From: an uncultured delta proteobacterium
GTDB taxonomy: Bacteria; Desulfobacterota; WTBG01
DNA length: 64,000 bases
Assembly (NCBI GenBank): GCA_963793865.1
Contig: CAWCBP010000001.1
Span: 992,001-1,056,000, forward strand
Reading direction: 5' to 3'
Shown: in pieces, positions 28,301-38,625 of the stretch
How the letters are laid out: each line of letters begins with the position of its first letter
How positions within the stretch are numbered: the first letter of the stretch is position 1
The notes under the pieces: model-generated
Told to the model about the DNA's origin: nothing
The model's database searches: none
What the model saw: only the letters and a program-made list of their open reading frames with translations
Translations under genes and position numbers: made by a program

Positions 28301-29686
28301 CTAAAACTCCAGGGTCTTGACCGCCCGGGGGAAGGGAATCACATCCCTGATATTCTGCATTCCGGTGACAAATTGAACCAGCCGTTCAAATCCGAGGCCA
28401 AAGCCGGAATGGGGAACACTGCCGAATCGGCGTAATTCAAGATACCACCAGTAATCCTTTGGATTAAGACCGCACTGCTCAATCCTGGACTTCAGTGTTT
28501 CGTAATCGTCCTCCCGCTGGCTTCCTCCGATAATCTCACCCAATCGCGGCACCAGCACATCCATCGATCGCACCGTCTTCATGTCCTCATTCAGTTTCAT
28601 GTAAAATGCTTTTATATCCCTGGGATGATTAATGAGGATAACCGGCTGACCATATATCTTTTCGGTTAGAAACTTTTCGTGCTCGCTCTGCAGATCTGAA
28701 CCCCAGGCCACAGGAAACTCGAAATCCACCTTGGCACGCAATAGCTGCTCAATAGCTTCATTATATGTAACTCTTTTAAACGGACTCTTTGCAATTGCTG
28801 CAAGATTATCAATAACTCCCTTGCTGATTCTGGTATCAAAAAAGTCCATATCGTCGGGACAGTGTTCAAGCAGGTAGCTCAAGAGGTATTTTATAAATTC
28901 TTCAGCCACCTCCATATTTAATGAAAGGTCGCAAAAGGCCATCTCCGGCTCAATCATCCAGAATTCCGCCAGATGGCGCGAGGTATTGGAGTTCTCAGCC
29001 CTGAAGGTTGGACCGAAGGTATATATGTTTTTCAGGGCACAGGCATAGGTCTCTCCCTCGAGCTGGCCGCTCACGGTGAGCGACGCCTTTTTCCCGAAAA
29101 AATCGCCACTGTAATCCACCTTGCCTTCAACAAGGGGCGGATTCTCCAGGGGAAGTGTGGTAACCTGAAACATCTCCCCTGCCCCTTCGCAATCACTGCC
29201 GGTTATGATCGGCGTGTGAATATAAATAAAACCTCTTTCCTGGAAGAAGGTGTGGATTGCATAGCTCAGAGCATTTCTGACCCGCGCGACAGCGCCAAAA
29301 GAGTTGGTTCGGGGACGCAGGTGGGCAATCTCGCGCAGAAACTCAAAGGAATGCCTCTTCTTCTGAAGAATAAAATCAGGTGGGGCAGCACCAACGATGG
29401 TAATTGACGATGCCTTCAATTCAACATTCTGCCCTTCTGCCGGGGATGCAACGAGATTTCCCTTCACCGAAACACTGCAGCCGGTAGCAATATCCCGCAT
29501 GATTGACTCATAACCGGGAAAACTTTCTTCAACAATGATCTGAAGATTTTTTATGCTGGAGCCATCATTGAGTTCCAGAAATGAAAGCCCCTTTGATTCC
29601 CGCTTGGTGCGTATCCACCCCTCTACAATCAGTTCCTGCCCCTGCCCTTTCAACTGCAAAATGTTCTTAACGCGTGCCTGATTCAT
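28301..29686 (-). CDS. asnS: Asparagine--tRNA ligase
   Basis: [52 protein letters not shown]. Confidence 0.98.
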   Translation of the reverse strand: MNQARVKNILQLKGQGQELIVEGWIRTKRESKGLSFLELNDGSSIKNLQIIVEESFPGYESIMRDIATGCSVSVKGNLVASPAEGQNVELKASSITIVGAAPPDFILQKKRHSFEFLREIAHLRPRTNSFGAVARVRNALSYAIHTFFQERGFIYIHTPIITGSDCEGAGEMFQVTTLPLENPPLVEGKVDYSGDFFGKKASLTVSGQLEGETYACALKNIYTFGPTFRAENSNTSRHLAEFWMIEPEMAFCDLSLNMEVAEEFIKYLLSYLLEHCPDDMDFFDTRISKGVIDNLAAIAKSPFKRVTYNEAIEQLLRAKVDFEFPVAWGSDLQSEHEKFLTEKIYGQPVILINHPRDIKAFYMKLNEDMKTVRSMDVLVPRLGEIIGGSQREDDYETLKSRIEQCGLNPKDYWWYLELRRFGSVPHSGFGLGFERLVQFVTGMQNIRDVIPFPRAVKTLEF

Positions 29687-29952
29687 GACTGACCCTTATT
29701 TCTATAACTCTATGTTAATAAATTGTGGTAAGTAATAGGGCGGCATTCGTACACTTATTCGCGGCATAAAGCAGCTCCTACCGCTATTCTTTTTTAAAAC
29801 AGAAACTGTTTAAATCTTATTATATTGCCTATTGTTGTCAAGGTGAAAAGCAATATTAAAACATTGACTTCGCATCATGTATCATGATATAAACATACGA
29901 AAAATACATTGAATTACAGATTTTCAGCAGACGATTCATTTTATATAAGGAG

Positions 29953-31250
29953 ATGAAAATGGTCAGTAAAATAGTACCACTTTTTCTTTCCTTTTTTATT
30001 TTGTTCTTCTTCTGCCCATTAACCAATGCAGCGGTGACCCTTACTGTTGAAAACAGCGTGGGATACCCGGGTTCTAATGAAAGATCGGTGGATGTACGCC
30101 TTGATAATCCGGATGACAACATCCGTGCAGTAACGATAGATATTTGTGATGCGGATAATTACTTAACCTGTACAGGCTGTGCCTTATCAGAAAAGGATGA
30201 TAATCAATGTTTTACATGCTCAGCTACTGAGCAAGTCAATGGTTGCTGCAGGGTTGTATTGTATGCTTTGAACCCTGACGAGCTTATCGAACCCGGAACT
30301 GATTCTCTCATAACGGTCAACTACAGCATCTCCAATAGCGCACCTGTTCCGGTTTGCAGAAATCTCAATTTGCAAAACGTTCAGGTGTCAAATGAATTTA
30401 ATTTAGATGTGGATGCCATACCCATATCAGGAAACATGTGCTTCCAGAGGTGCTCCATAGATGGAAACTGTGTTGACAGCGCCTGGTGTAATGGGGCTGA
30501 GACGTGCAATACCGCAACCGGCATCTGTGAGGATGGCATAACTCAATGTCAATCTCCAACAGAAAATTTCTGCGAAGAGATCACTGAACAATGTGTGCCT
30601 CAACCACTTCAACCCATTGCTCTCTTTCTGGGCAGCTTCACGGCACCCCCCGGGTCACAAGGTACTACCGATCTTATCCTCTATAGACCAGACAACACGC
30701 TAACTGCAGTAGGGAAGATTGATATGACCATCTGCGATGTTGGTAACTATTTATCTTGTGTTGACTTCATCCCGAACTGCCTGTGGTATTATGATATTTC
30801 TGTGCAGGAACTGGAAAATGGGTGCTGTCAACTGAAGTTAGTACAAAACATAGAAACCTTATTTATACTACTAGACAGCAAACCTCTTGATATTGGCAGT
30901 CTCTCTTATACTGTTTCCGAAGGGGCTCCTTTAGGTGAATCGATAGAACTCAATCTTGAAAATGTACGAGTATTTGAGTATGACACTAATAATGAGTTGG
31001 GGGTGTCAACATATCCAGGGGCCATTTGTTTCTCATCAGATCCTGATAACGATGGTGTTTCAGATTGTGAGGATAACTGCCCTTCCGCCTCTAATCCCGA
31101 CCAGGCAGATATCGACGGTGATGGCATTGGGAATGTATGCGATATCAAGAATAATGCCATCCCCACCCTCAGCGAGTGGGGAATGATTATCTTTATGACC
31201 ATCATCATGGGAACGGAGTTGTTTTTATTTTGAGACGAAAAACAGCTTGA
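29953..31250 (+). CDS. IPTL-CTERM surface protein (two Cys-rich cohesin-like repeats, TSP3 repeats; frameshift near 31214)
   Basis: Signal peptide; DPDNDGVSDCEDNCP...DIDGDGIGNVCD; IPTLSEWG then TM helix whose basic tail GVVFILRRKTA* is in an adjacent frame. Confidence 0.9.
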
Positions 31251-31273
31251 AGGTGAAAACCTTTTAACTAATT

Positions 31274-31858
31274 ATGCAGAAGAAAAGCAGGGCTGATCGC
31301 CGAAGGGAAACACTCAAGACAAAAGATGCATTATCTTTAGCAGAAAAAATCAAACCTTTCCTTTCATTCAAACATCCCGTTACCAGATTCTGCCTCGTTT
31401 TTGCAGCACTTCTTATACTCTTCTCAATTATCATGTTTCAAAAATCAGTGGAACAGTACTTTGTCCATCCCTTCACCGTTGTTATTGCTTCCCTGTCGGC
31501 CTGGGTTCTCAAAATGCTTGGCATGAAGGTCGCTGCAGGGGGAATTACCATTACAGGTGAGGGCTTCAGTGTGGAGATTTTGGGTAACTGTAATGCCATA
31601 TTTGAAATGGGGTTATTCTTTTGCGCAGTTCTCGCATTTCCTGCAAAAGCAACCGAGAAGGCATTGGCTGGTTTTCTGGGTATCATCTTTATCTATTGTC
31701 TGAATCTCCTGCGTGTGGTATCTCTCTTTCTGGTTGGTGTCTACGCCCCTCAGCATTTCGATGAGTCCCACGTCTATGTCTCGCAAACCATCTTTATTGT
31801 CCTTGTCTCCTTTTTCTGGCTCCTCTGGATCGGGAAATGGGTCAAGAGAAGCACATAG
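31274..31858 (+). CDS. xrtH: Exosortase H (IPTLxxWG-CTERM-specific)
   Basis: Cys-Arg-His triad (GNCNAI, NLLRVVSL, HVYVSQ), multi-TM, adjacent to an IPTL-CTERM gene. Confidence 0.9.
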   Translation: MQKKSRADRRRETLKTKDALSLAEKIKPFLSFKHPVTRFCLVFAALLILFSIIMFQKSVEQYFVHPFTVVIASLSAWVLKMLGMKVAAGGITITGEGFSVEILGNCNAIFEMGLFFCAVLAFPAKATEKALAGFLGIIFIYCLNLLRVVSLFLVGVYAPQHFDESHVYVSQTIFIVLVSFFWLLWIGKWVKRST

Positions 31859-32435
31859 TACCATTCTGCAGTTCCTGGTCCGATTCCTTCTCTTTTATGT
31901 TGCCTGCACAATCTTCTGGCTTCTGGTACACACATACTATGAATCATTTCTTTGGTTTGTTACCATTAAAGCAAGCCCCTTGCTCGGCCAGCCGTCTTTT
32001 TCCAATCCTCAGATAATCGGCAATTCCTATTATTATCGATTGCTGAATGCCACATTTGTCTACGATTCCATTTCAGCAATTACGCTTACTTTTCTGATTA
32101 CCCTCCCCTTGCTCCTTGCGACTTCCGGTTTTTCACTGCTAAGGAGAACCCAAGTCATTTTAATTGGGCTTGTTTTGCTTTTTACCTTTCATTTGATTTC
32201 CCTTCTTATTGCACTCCATGCCAACTTATATAATCAATATCCAATGCTTTTGCAAAAAGGCGTGAACTTTGATCCAATCTTTTCCTACAATCCGGCAAAG
32301 GCTCAGATTTTTTCTACAGTTCATCGATTCTTTAACGTTATCTTTAAATTTGCCGTGGCAGTGAGTATCTGGATTGGCCTGGTGAGCTGGTATAAAAAAT
32401 CGGCTCCACAGCACTGGGTAAGGAAATTGATGTGA
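31840..32435 (+). CDS. Membrane protein downstream of exosortase H (start uncertain)
   Basis: About 4 TM helices (ILQFLVRFLLFYV..., TLPLLLATSG...RR); abuts the xrtH stop; no clear in-frame start codon. Confidence 0.65.
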
Positions 32436-32453
32436 GGTGGGAATTTATATGAG

Positions 32454-32483
32454 TGTAGGGGCGACCGGCCGGTCGCCCCTACA
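32454..32483. repeat. GTAG-type REP palindrome, copy 3
   Basis: Perfect palindrome TGTAGGGGCGACCGGCCGGTCGCCCCTACA between convergent genes. Confidence 0.9.
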
Positions 32484-32552
32484 AGTCTGACATTATTTTC
32501 GTGTTAAACCGACACGCATCAAAAGAACCATTCCTGATTGATGACTTTACTC

Positions 32553-34100
32553 TTAGAGGATGGTTATCTTACCATTCCTGGAAACATACTCCGCTACCGC
32601 TTCAGCTCCCATGCAGGTGATTTCAAATGGATAGTCTCCCGGCGGCATATCCTTGGGGGGCGTCACGGTAAGTGCAAAGGCCTTGGTTTCATGGGGAGCA
32701 AGATCCAACGTAACATCATTGGGATTGATCCAGCGGCTGGGGGCGGTTAGCCCGCCGATACGTATTCTCTCTCTTTCAAATCCCTGGTTCTGAACCGTAA
32801 CGTTAAACTGTGCTGATTCTCCCGCCTTGATTTTTTGGCAGAACGGCTCAATCCAGAGTGCATGGGTATTGCGCGTGACATTCATACCCTGCGCCACCGG
32901 TCCTATCATGCTCATTATCCCGCCGACTATCAGATTTGGCCCGCAGATTTTATCCCGTATGGATGGCGTCCACTCCCTGGTAAACGATGCATAAACACCC
33001 GCATTATCCGGATCGAAACATTTATCCTCAATGGTTTTGATCGCCTCAGCGCATCTTTTCTGGAAGCGCGGTGCCCCGGTCAGACGGTATGCCACATTGA
33101 GAGCTAGAAGGCAATTGATGTGGGTTGAGATTTGTTTCGTAGTGTCCTGCGGTCTTAAATCTTCACTTAAGCTCGAATAAAAACCTCCCTGCTCTTTGTC
33201 CCAGGCCTGATTAACAAGTATATCTCCGATTTCAACAACCTTTTTCCCAAACTGGTAGGCATAGTCGCTCACCGGTTCAACACTCGGCGCCGGACCGCGG
33301 AAGGAGTAAACGGCTGGATACGGTCTGCCGGTAAAGGCATGGCTGCCGCGTCGCGGACCCCAGATCGAAGGACCGAGATTGTGATAATGAAAATAGAGGG
33401 TCAAGGCAAGCGATGCCATCTCACCGACATCTTTTTCTTTGGAAGCGGGTTTCCAGTCCCTGGTAAATGACGTATAAAACCCGCCATGCACCTTATCTAA
33501 CGCCTTATCAAGGATTAGATCACCGAGTTCCCTTGCCCGCTGTTTGTGGTAAGCTGCCTTTGCCCCGAAAGGAGAATCCATTCCGTCCTTCCAGGAACCG
33601 TTCAAATGCTGAAGCATGCTGCATTGCGTGGCCAGGTCCTTAAGATCGCTCGCAGCATTCCAGTTTTCGGTGTAGAGAGAGAAAAATCCTCCATCTTTCA
33701 TATCCCAGGCATGATCAAGGGCGACATCCAGGAAACTGAGCGCCCTGAGGAGATACTTGTCCTCATAACTAACTTCATAAAGATGCATCAATACACCGAA
33801 TATTTCTGATGTTTTGTCAAGGTTCTTTTCCCGGCGGGTGATGTTCCAGTTTTTATCGGCGGCAAAAAAGTAACCGCCATTGCGCTTGTCTTCAAATCGG
33901 GCGATGACTTGATCAACCGCCTTGCCGGCATCGACAATGGTTTCGGGATCATGGGTTATCATCGCTCCGATGACATGAATCCTGGCGGCAGAAAACTGCT
34001 CTTCGGATATTTTCTGTTCATCGACTACGCGCGACCAGTCCTCTGAAACTGCATGAAAGAGACCGCCATTGACCTTGTCCTCAAAATATGGCTGGAACAT
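32553..34100 (-). CDS. AGE (N-acylglucosamine 2-epimerase)-like (alpha/alpha)6 protein with C-terminal Ig-like domain
   Basis: Six DxxxGG-type aromatic repeats; beta-rich C-terminus (AGESAQFNVTVQNQG...LTVTPPKDMPPGDYPFEI); AAGGA SD. Confidence 0.72.
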   Translation of the reverse strand: MFQPYFEDKVNGGLFHAVSEDWSRVVDEQKISEEQFSAARIHVIGAMITHDPETIVDAGKAVDQVIARFEDKRNGGYFFAADKNWNITRREKNLDKTSEIFGVLMHLYEVSYEDKYLLRALSFLDVALDHAWDMKDGGFFSLYTENWNAASDLKDLATQCSMLQHLNGSWKDGMDSPFGAKAAYHKQRARELGDLILDKALDKVHGGFYTSFTRDWKPASKEKDVGEMASLALTLYFHYHNLGPSIWGPRRGSHAFTGRPYPAVYSFRGPAPSVEPVSDYAYQFGKKVVEIGDILVNQAWDKEQGGFYSSLSEDLRPQDTTKQISTHINCLLALNVAYRLTGAPRFQKRCAEAIKTIEDKCFDPDNAGVYASFTREWTPSIRDKICGPNLIVGGIMSMIGPVAQGMNVTRNTHALWIEPFCQKIKAGESAQFNVTVQNQGFERERIRIGGLTAPSRWINPNDVTLDLAPHETKAFALTVTPPKDMPPGDYPFEITCMGAEAVAEYVSRNGKITIL

Positions 34101-34144
34101 TTTTTAATCCTTTGCGCGAAATTCGCATTTGTTTGTTCAATACA

Positions 34145-34167
34145 TTCGCGGCTGAAGCCGCTCCTAC
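34145..34167 (-). repeat. REP of type GTAGGAGCGGCTTCAGCCGCGAA overlapping a stop codon
   Basis: Minus strand GTAG-GA-GCGGCT-TC-AGCCGC-GAA; its TAG (34166-34164) is the flavoprotein stop. Confidence 0.75.
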
Positions 34168-34749
34168 CGTTTTTTTAAGGCGCTGCCCAGCTTTTTGCCG
34201 GCTTCCTCTGCAAGCTTCATCACCTCCGGCATGTCGGCAACATCATTCATGCCGATTGGAACAGCTATCCTGTCAATAATATTCATGCGGTGCGATTCAC
34301 CCATGCACATCGAGAGTATCTCCATGGTCTTCTCATGCCCGGCACCCGCAACCGTGGTGACCAGGACACCGGGTTTACCTGCAAGCGGCCTTTGTCCCAT
34401 AAAGGGCATGTTTGGATCATACTGGGGACCTATGCCGCGATAGTAAAGCGCCAGGCTCCGGTCAATCAGGCATTTAACCACGCCGGACACATTCATGTAA
34501 TAGGTGGGGGAGCCAAGAACAATCGCATCCGCATCAAGCATCTTCTGATAGAGCGCCTGCATGTCATCCAGCTATGGGACACTTTCCTTCATACATCATG
34601 CACTCCGAGCATCCGGTACAGGGCTTTATTTCAAGTTTTCCCAATTCCGCGATGTCATATTCGCAGCCGGACGACTCCGCGACTTTTCTCACCAGTTTAT
34701 TGGTATTGCTCTCCTCCCGCATGCCACCGCAAATAGCCAGGATCTTCAT
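34164..34749 (-). CDS. Flavodoxin-fold iron-sulfur flavoprotein (frameshift near 34572)
   Basis: CTGCSECMMYEGKC Cys motif, DDMQALY, DAIVLGSPTYY. Confidence 0.88.
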
Positions 34750-34774
34750 ACACGCTCCTCCTCGTCAACATGGA

Positions 34775-37027
34775 TTATGCTCGTCGCTTCTCTTTGTCTC
34801 TTTTCCGAATCCCTTCCAGTACACGTTCCGGAGTCAACGGAAACTCCGTTATGGTGTACCCGATGGCATTGCTCACCGCACCGGCTATGGCGTGAGGGTT
34901 ACAGGCAATCGGTCCCTCGCCGACCTCTTTTGCGCCAAACGGCCCATACGGGTCATTGGTCTCAACGATGATATGTTCCATGCCCGGTACTTCAAATGTT
35001 CTCGGCAGCCGGTAGTCCATGCGGGACTGGTTAATAATCTGCCCTTGTTCAAGCAGGCACTCTTCAAAAAGTGTCTGCCCCATGCCGCTGAAAACCTGTC
35101 CATCCATCTGTCCTTCCACCGCAAGCGGATTGATGGCCCGACCCACATCATGGGCAACGGTCATCCTGATCAGCTTCACCATGCCCGTCTCCGGATCCAC
35201 CTCCACCTCGGCAATCTGGGCGCCGAATGAATAGGCAAGCGCGGGCTTGCTGGTCGGCGAATTATAAAAGCCCCTGCCCATGATAAACCTGCCTTCGGCA
35301 GAATGGAGGGTGTCAAACACCACGTCTTCGAAGGAGAGTGTCTTCCCGGGATCAGACTTGGAATAAATCTTGCGATCCCGGAATACAAGCGACGCAGGTT
35401 TAACTTTGAGCTTCTCTGCAGCGGTTTTAGCTATCTGCTGTTTTGCGTCAAGGCTGGCATTTTTAACGGCGTTGCCGGTGGTAAAGGTTCCTCTCTGTGA
35501 GAAAGCCCCCACATCAAAGGGCGCAACATCAGTGTCTCCCGACAACACCGTAATATCATCCGCTTCTATGCCCAGTGTTTCAGCAGCAATCATGGCCATG
35601 GTGGTATGTGAACCCTGCCCCATGTCCGGAAGACCGGTAAAGAGACACAGCTTGCCGTCTTCGGCAATTTTAAGAAAGGCGGCGGATGTATCATGCTGGA
35701 ACAGTCCTTTCCCGCCTGAACTCATCACCCCGCATCCTATGCCGATGCCACGGTATGGCGGCAGCTTGCCGTATTTTTTCTTCCATCCTGATTTCCGACC
35801 CGTCTTTTCAATGCATTCCTTCAACCCGCAGCTGGCATAGTGCGTGTCACCGATGGTGGTATAGCCCTTGTCGACCGCATTCTTGTAATGCAAATCCAGC
35901 GGATCAAGTCCTATGTCCTGAGCGACGGCATAGAGGTGCTGTCCCAGGGCAAACTGCGAGGGAACCAGACCGCCTCCGTGATGAAAAAAGTAAGGCACGT
36001 TATTGGTATAGACAAGCCGTCCCCTGTAGCGCATGGCCTCAATCTTGTAAAGCATCTGCAGGGTTGAAGCCACGATGATCAGCTGGATGAACTGCGTCTC
36101 CACATAGGCGCCGCAGTCATAGAGATGATCGGCTTCAATCACCTTCAGCGTCCCGTCCTTCAAGACGCCGGACTTGAAGGTAAGCTTGCTTCCTCCGGCG
36201 GAACGGCAGACGATGAATTCTTCCTCTGCGGTCATACAGATCCGTACCGGCCGCGAAGATTTCCGTGACAGTACGGCGGCTATCAAATGATGTGGACGGA
36301 CTGTACCCCTTCCGGAGAATGCTCCGCCGGTGTTGAGATTTAACACCCGCACCTGGCTTTCCGACAGCCCCAGGCTCTGCGCCATTCCCTTCTGGATGAG
36401 GATAGCCGTCTGGCTGGGGGTCCATATGGCGAGCTTCCCGGGAAGGGAATAGTCCACGATGGTTCCGTGCAGTTCGGCAAAACAGTTGTGCGAAGGAAAG
36501 GTCTCAAACTCATCGGTTCTCACGTGATCCGACTCTGCAAAAGCCCTGTCCACGTCACCATAATTGACAACCCTTTCATCGGCATAGTTGTCATCAAAGT
36601 ACTGGTGAAGTATCGGAGCGCCGGCCGCCGTGGCCTCTTCCATGGTAAGCAGCGCCGGCAACGGCTCGTAATCAACCCTGATAAGCTCTGCGGCTTCCAG
36701 GGCGGCGTCTTCATCGAATGCTGCAACTGCCGCCACTTCATCCCCGATGTAATAGACCATGTCATCGCACAGCAGCTGCTGGTCAGGACCCACCATTATC
36801 CCGGCCGAGTCCTTGTGGGTTATCACTGCCTTCACGCCGGCGACGCTTTCAGCGCGGGTTGTATCAATGTTTACGATCTTCCCCCGCGGTATGGTACTGC
36901 GGACTATCTTCCCGTGAAGCATGCCCGGGAGTACCACATCTTCCGTAAACTGTGAGCGACCGGTGGCCTTGAGCGGTGCATCAAGCTTCGTTTGTCTCCG
37001 GCCTATCACATTGTATTTATCAGCCAT
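34775..37027 (-). CDS. Xanthine dehydrogenase family Mo-binding subunit, HcrA-like
   Basis: KATGRSQF, GGAFSGR, DMGQGSHT, HDVGRAINP, GPFGAKEVGE. Confidence 0.92.
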   Translation of the reverse strand: MADKYNVIGRRQTKLDAPLKATGRSQFTEDVVLPGMLHGKIVRSTIPRGKIVNIDTTRAESVAGVKAVITHKDSAGIMVGPDQQLLCDDMVYYIGDEVAAVAAFDEDAALEAAELIRVDYEPLPALLTMEEATAAGAPILHQYFDDNYADERVVNYGDVDRAFAESDHVRTDEFETFPSHNCFAELHGTIVDYSLPGKLAIWTPSQTAILIQKGMAQSLGLSESQVRVLNLNTGGAFSGRGTVRPHHLIAAVLSRKSSRPVRICMTAEEEFIVCRSAGGSKLTFKSGVLKDGTLKVIEADHLYDCGAYVETQFIQLIIVASTLQMLYKIEAMRYRGRLVYTNNVPYFFHHGGGLVPSQFALGQHLYAVAQDIGLDPLDLHYKNAVDKGYTTIGDTHYASCGLKECIEKTGRKSGWKKKYGKLPPYRGIGIGCGVMSSGGKGLFQHDTSAAFLKIAEDGKLCLFTGLPDMGQGSHTTMAMIAAETLGIEADDITVLSGDTDVAPFDVGAFSQRGTFTTGNAVKNASLDAKQQIAKTAAEKLKVKPASLVFRDRKIYSKSDPGKTLSFEDVVFDTLHSAEGRFIMGRGFYNSPTSKPALAYSFGAQIAEVEVDPETGMVKLIRMTVAHDVGRAINPLAVEGQMDGQVFSGMGQTLFEECLLEQGQIINQSRMDYRLPRTFEVPGMEHIIVETNDPYGPFGAKEVGEGPIACNPHAIAGAVSNAIGYTITEFPLTPERVLEGIRKRDKEKRRA

Positions 37028-37509
37028 TATTCTTTTTCTCCGGCAGTATGCGATGCCTTTTTAACCGCCTCCATAATCTTAATATGCCCTGTGCATCGGC
37101 AAAACGTGCCTGCAAGGGCTTCCTTGATCTCGTCGTCGGTGGGAGCGGGGTTTTCATCCAGAAGCGCTTTCCCGGTCATGATAATACCGGGAGTGCAGTA
37201 GCCGCACTGAACCGCCCCGTTTTCAATAAACGACTTCTGGAGGGGGTGGAGTGACTCGGCTGTACTGATGCCCTCGATGGTGGTTATGCTTCGACCTTCA
37301 CACTCCACGGCCAGCGTAAGACATGACAGGATGGCCTTGCCGTCGATGATTACCGTGCATACCCCGCAGGTTCCAATCTCGCATCCCCGTTTTGACCCGG
37401 TAAGCCCCAGCTCGTCCCGGATGACTTCGAGCAATGTCTGCCAGGGCTTGACCGCCACCTCGTACACAGTATCATTGACCGTAAGCGATATTATTTTCTT
37501 TTCCATCAT
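37027..37509 (-). CDS. 2x[2Fe-2S] subunit (HcrC/CoxS-like)
   Basis: GCEIGTCGVCTV...SC and QCGYCTPG...CRC. Confidence 0.95.
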   Translation of the reverse strand: MMEKKIISLTVNDTVYEVAVKPWQTLLEVIRDELGLTGSKRGCEIGTCGVCTVIIDGKAILSCLTLAVECEGRSITTIEGISTAESLHPLQKSFIENGAVQCGYCTPGIIMTGKALLDENPAPTDDEIKEALAGTFCRCTGHIKIMEAVKKASHTAGEKE

Positions 37510-38511
37510 TTGCTCCTGTTTTTACGGGACAGTTCATTCAGCTCATCAAGGGCTCTTTTTACCAGCACCTCGGCAAGATGCCGCTTATATCCGGCCGAGG
37601 TAAAAAGATTGGTCAGCGCCCCCAGTTCCGATCGGGCGGTTAATGCCGCCCGCTCAACAGCGGCATCGGTAAATCCCGCTTCCGCAATTACCTGCACTGT
37701 TTTCTTCAAATTAATGGGAGCCGAACCAATGCAATTAAGCACCAATCGCAGTTCCCCCGCCCCCTTGTCATTCTGTGCAAAAAAGCCGGCGATGCTTCCC
37801 ATTGAAAAATCAATTCCCTTACGCATGGCTATCTTGATAAATGATGTACGGGCCGCACCCGCTTCCCGGGGAATGAGAATTGCTGCTACCATTTCCTCCG
37901 GGGCAAGTACGGTCGGACTCGCTCCGTTGTCCTGGAAAAAGTCTTTAAACTGAAGGATCCGCTCCTGTCCCTTCCTGACAACCTTTACCCTGGCCCCGAG
38001 GGCAATGAGAACAGGCGCCGTATCCGAACTGTTGATCGCGTGGCACCGGGGCGATCCCTTAATGGCGTGGCACTCCCTGCCTCCCATTTTATGGCAGACT
38101 TCCCGTGCGTCCCGCCACCATTTCGACTTATTGTAGTACCAGCAGCGCGTATCGAGACAGATATTCCCGCCCAGAGTTGCCATGTTGCGTATGTGCTTGG
38201 ACGCGACTGATTGCACCGCCTTATGGAATGCAGGAAAATCGGAGGCAATCTGCTTATGGGCCACAATCTCTGACAAGGGTAATACCCGCTCCTATGCTGC
38301 AATAACCCTTATCATCCGTTACAATCTGACTTAATTCCGGTAATCCCTTTATGCCAACGACCAGTTCCGGGCTTGCCACCCGGTACTTCATGTTAATCAA
38401 AAGGTCGGTCCCACCGGCAAGGAGTCGGGCCCTGCTGCCCTGTTCCTGTAAAAGATTAAGGCATTCTTCAATGCTGGACGGCTTTCTGTATTCAAATCGG
38501 GGAAGTCTCAT
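37506..38511 (-). CDS. FAD-binding subunit with [4Fe-4S] insert, HcrB-like (frameshift near 38275)
   Basis: LAGGTDL, IRNMATLGGN, insert C-X15-C-X7-C-X8-C (RCWYYNKSKWWR...CHKMGGRECH...RC). Confidence 0.9.
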
Positions 38512-38565
38512 TTCGTCAGCGCTCCTTCAGTCGTGGAGTATACATTATGCATAAACAGGACTGTA

Positions 38566-38595
38566 ACTATAAGGTAACTCTTCAAAAAGTGTCAA
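38566..38595 (-). promoter_or_regulatory. Putative sigma70 promoter for the Mo-enzyme operon
   Basis: TTGACA-N18-TATAGT on the minus strand. Confidence 0.5.
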
Positions 38596-38625
38596 GCATA
38601 AAGAAGATTATTATCGTGTGCCTCC

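Noticed and set aside
23289..32483. Palindromic repeats as a CRISPR array
   Set aside because: Copies are kilobases apart with no regular spacers and no cas genes.
34564..34566. Selenocysteine readthrough at the TGA in the flavoprotein gene
   Set aside because: The downstream half is in a different frame, so this is an indel rather than an in-frame UGA.
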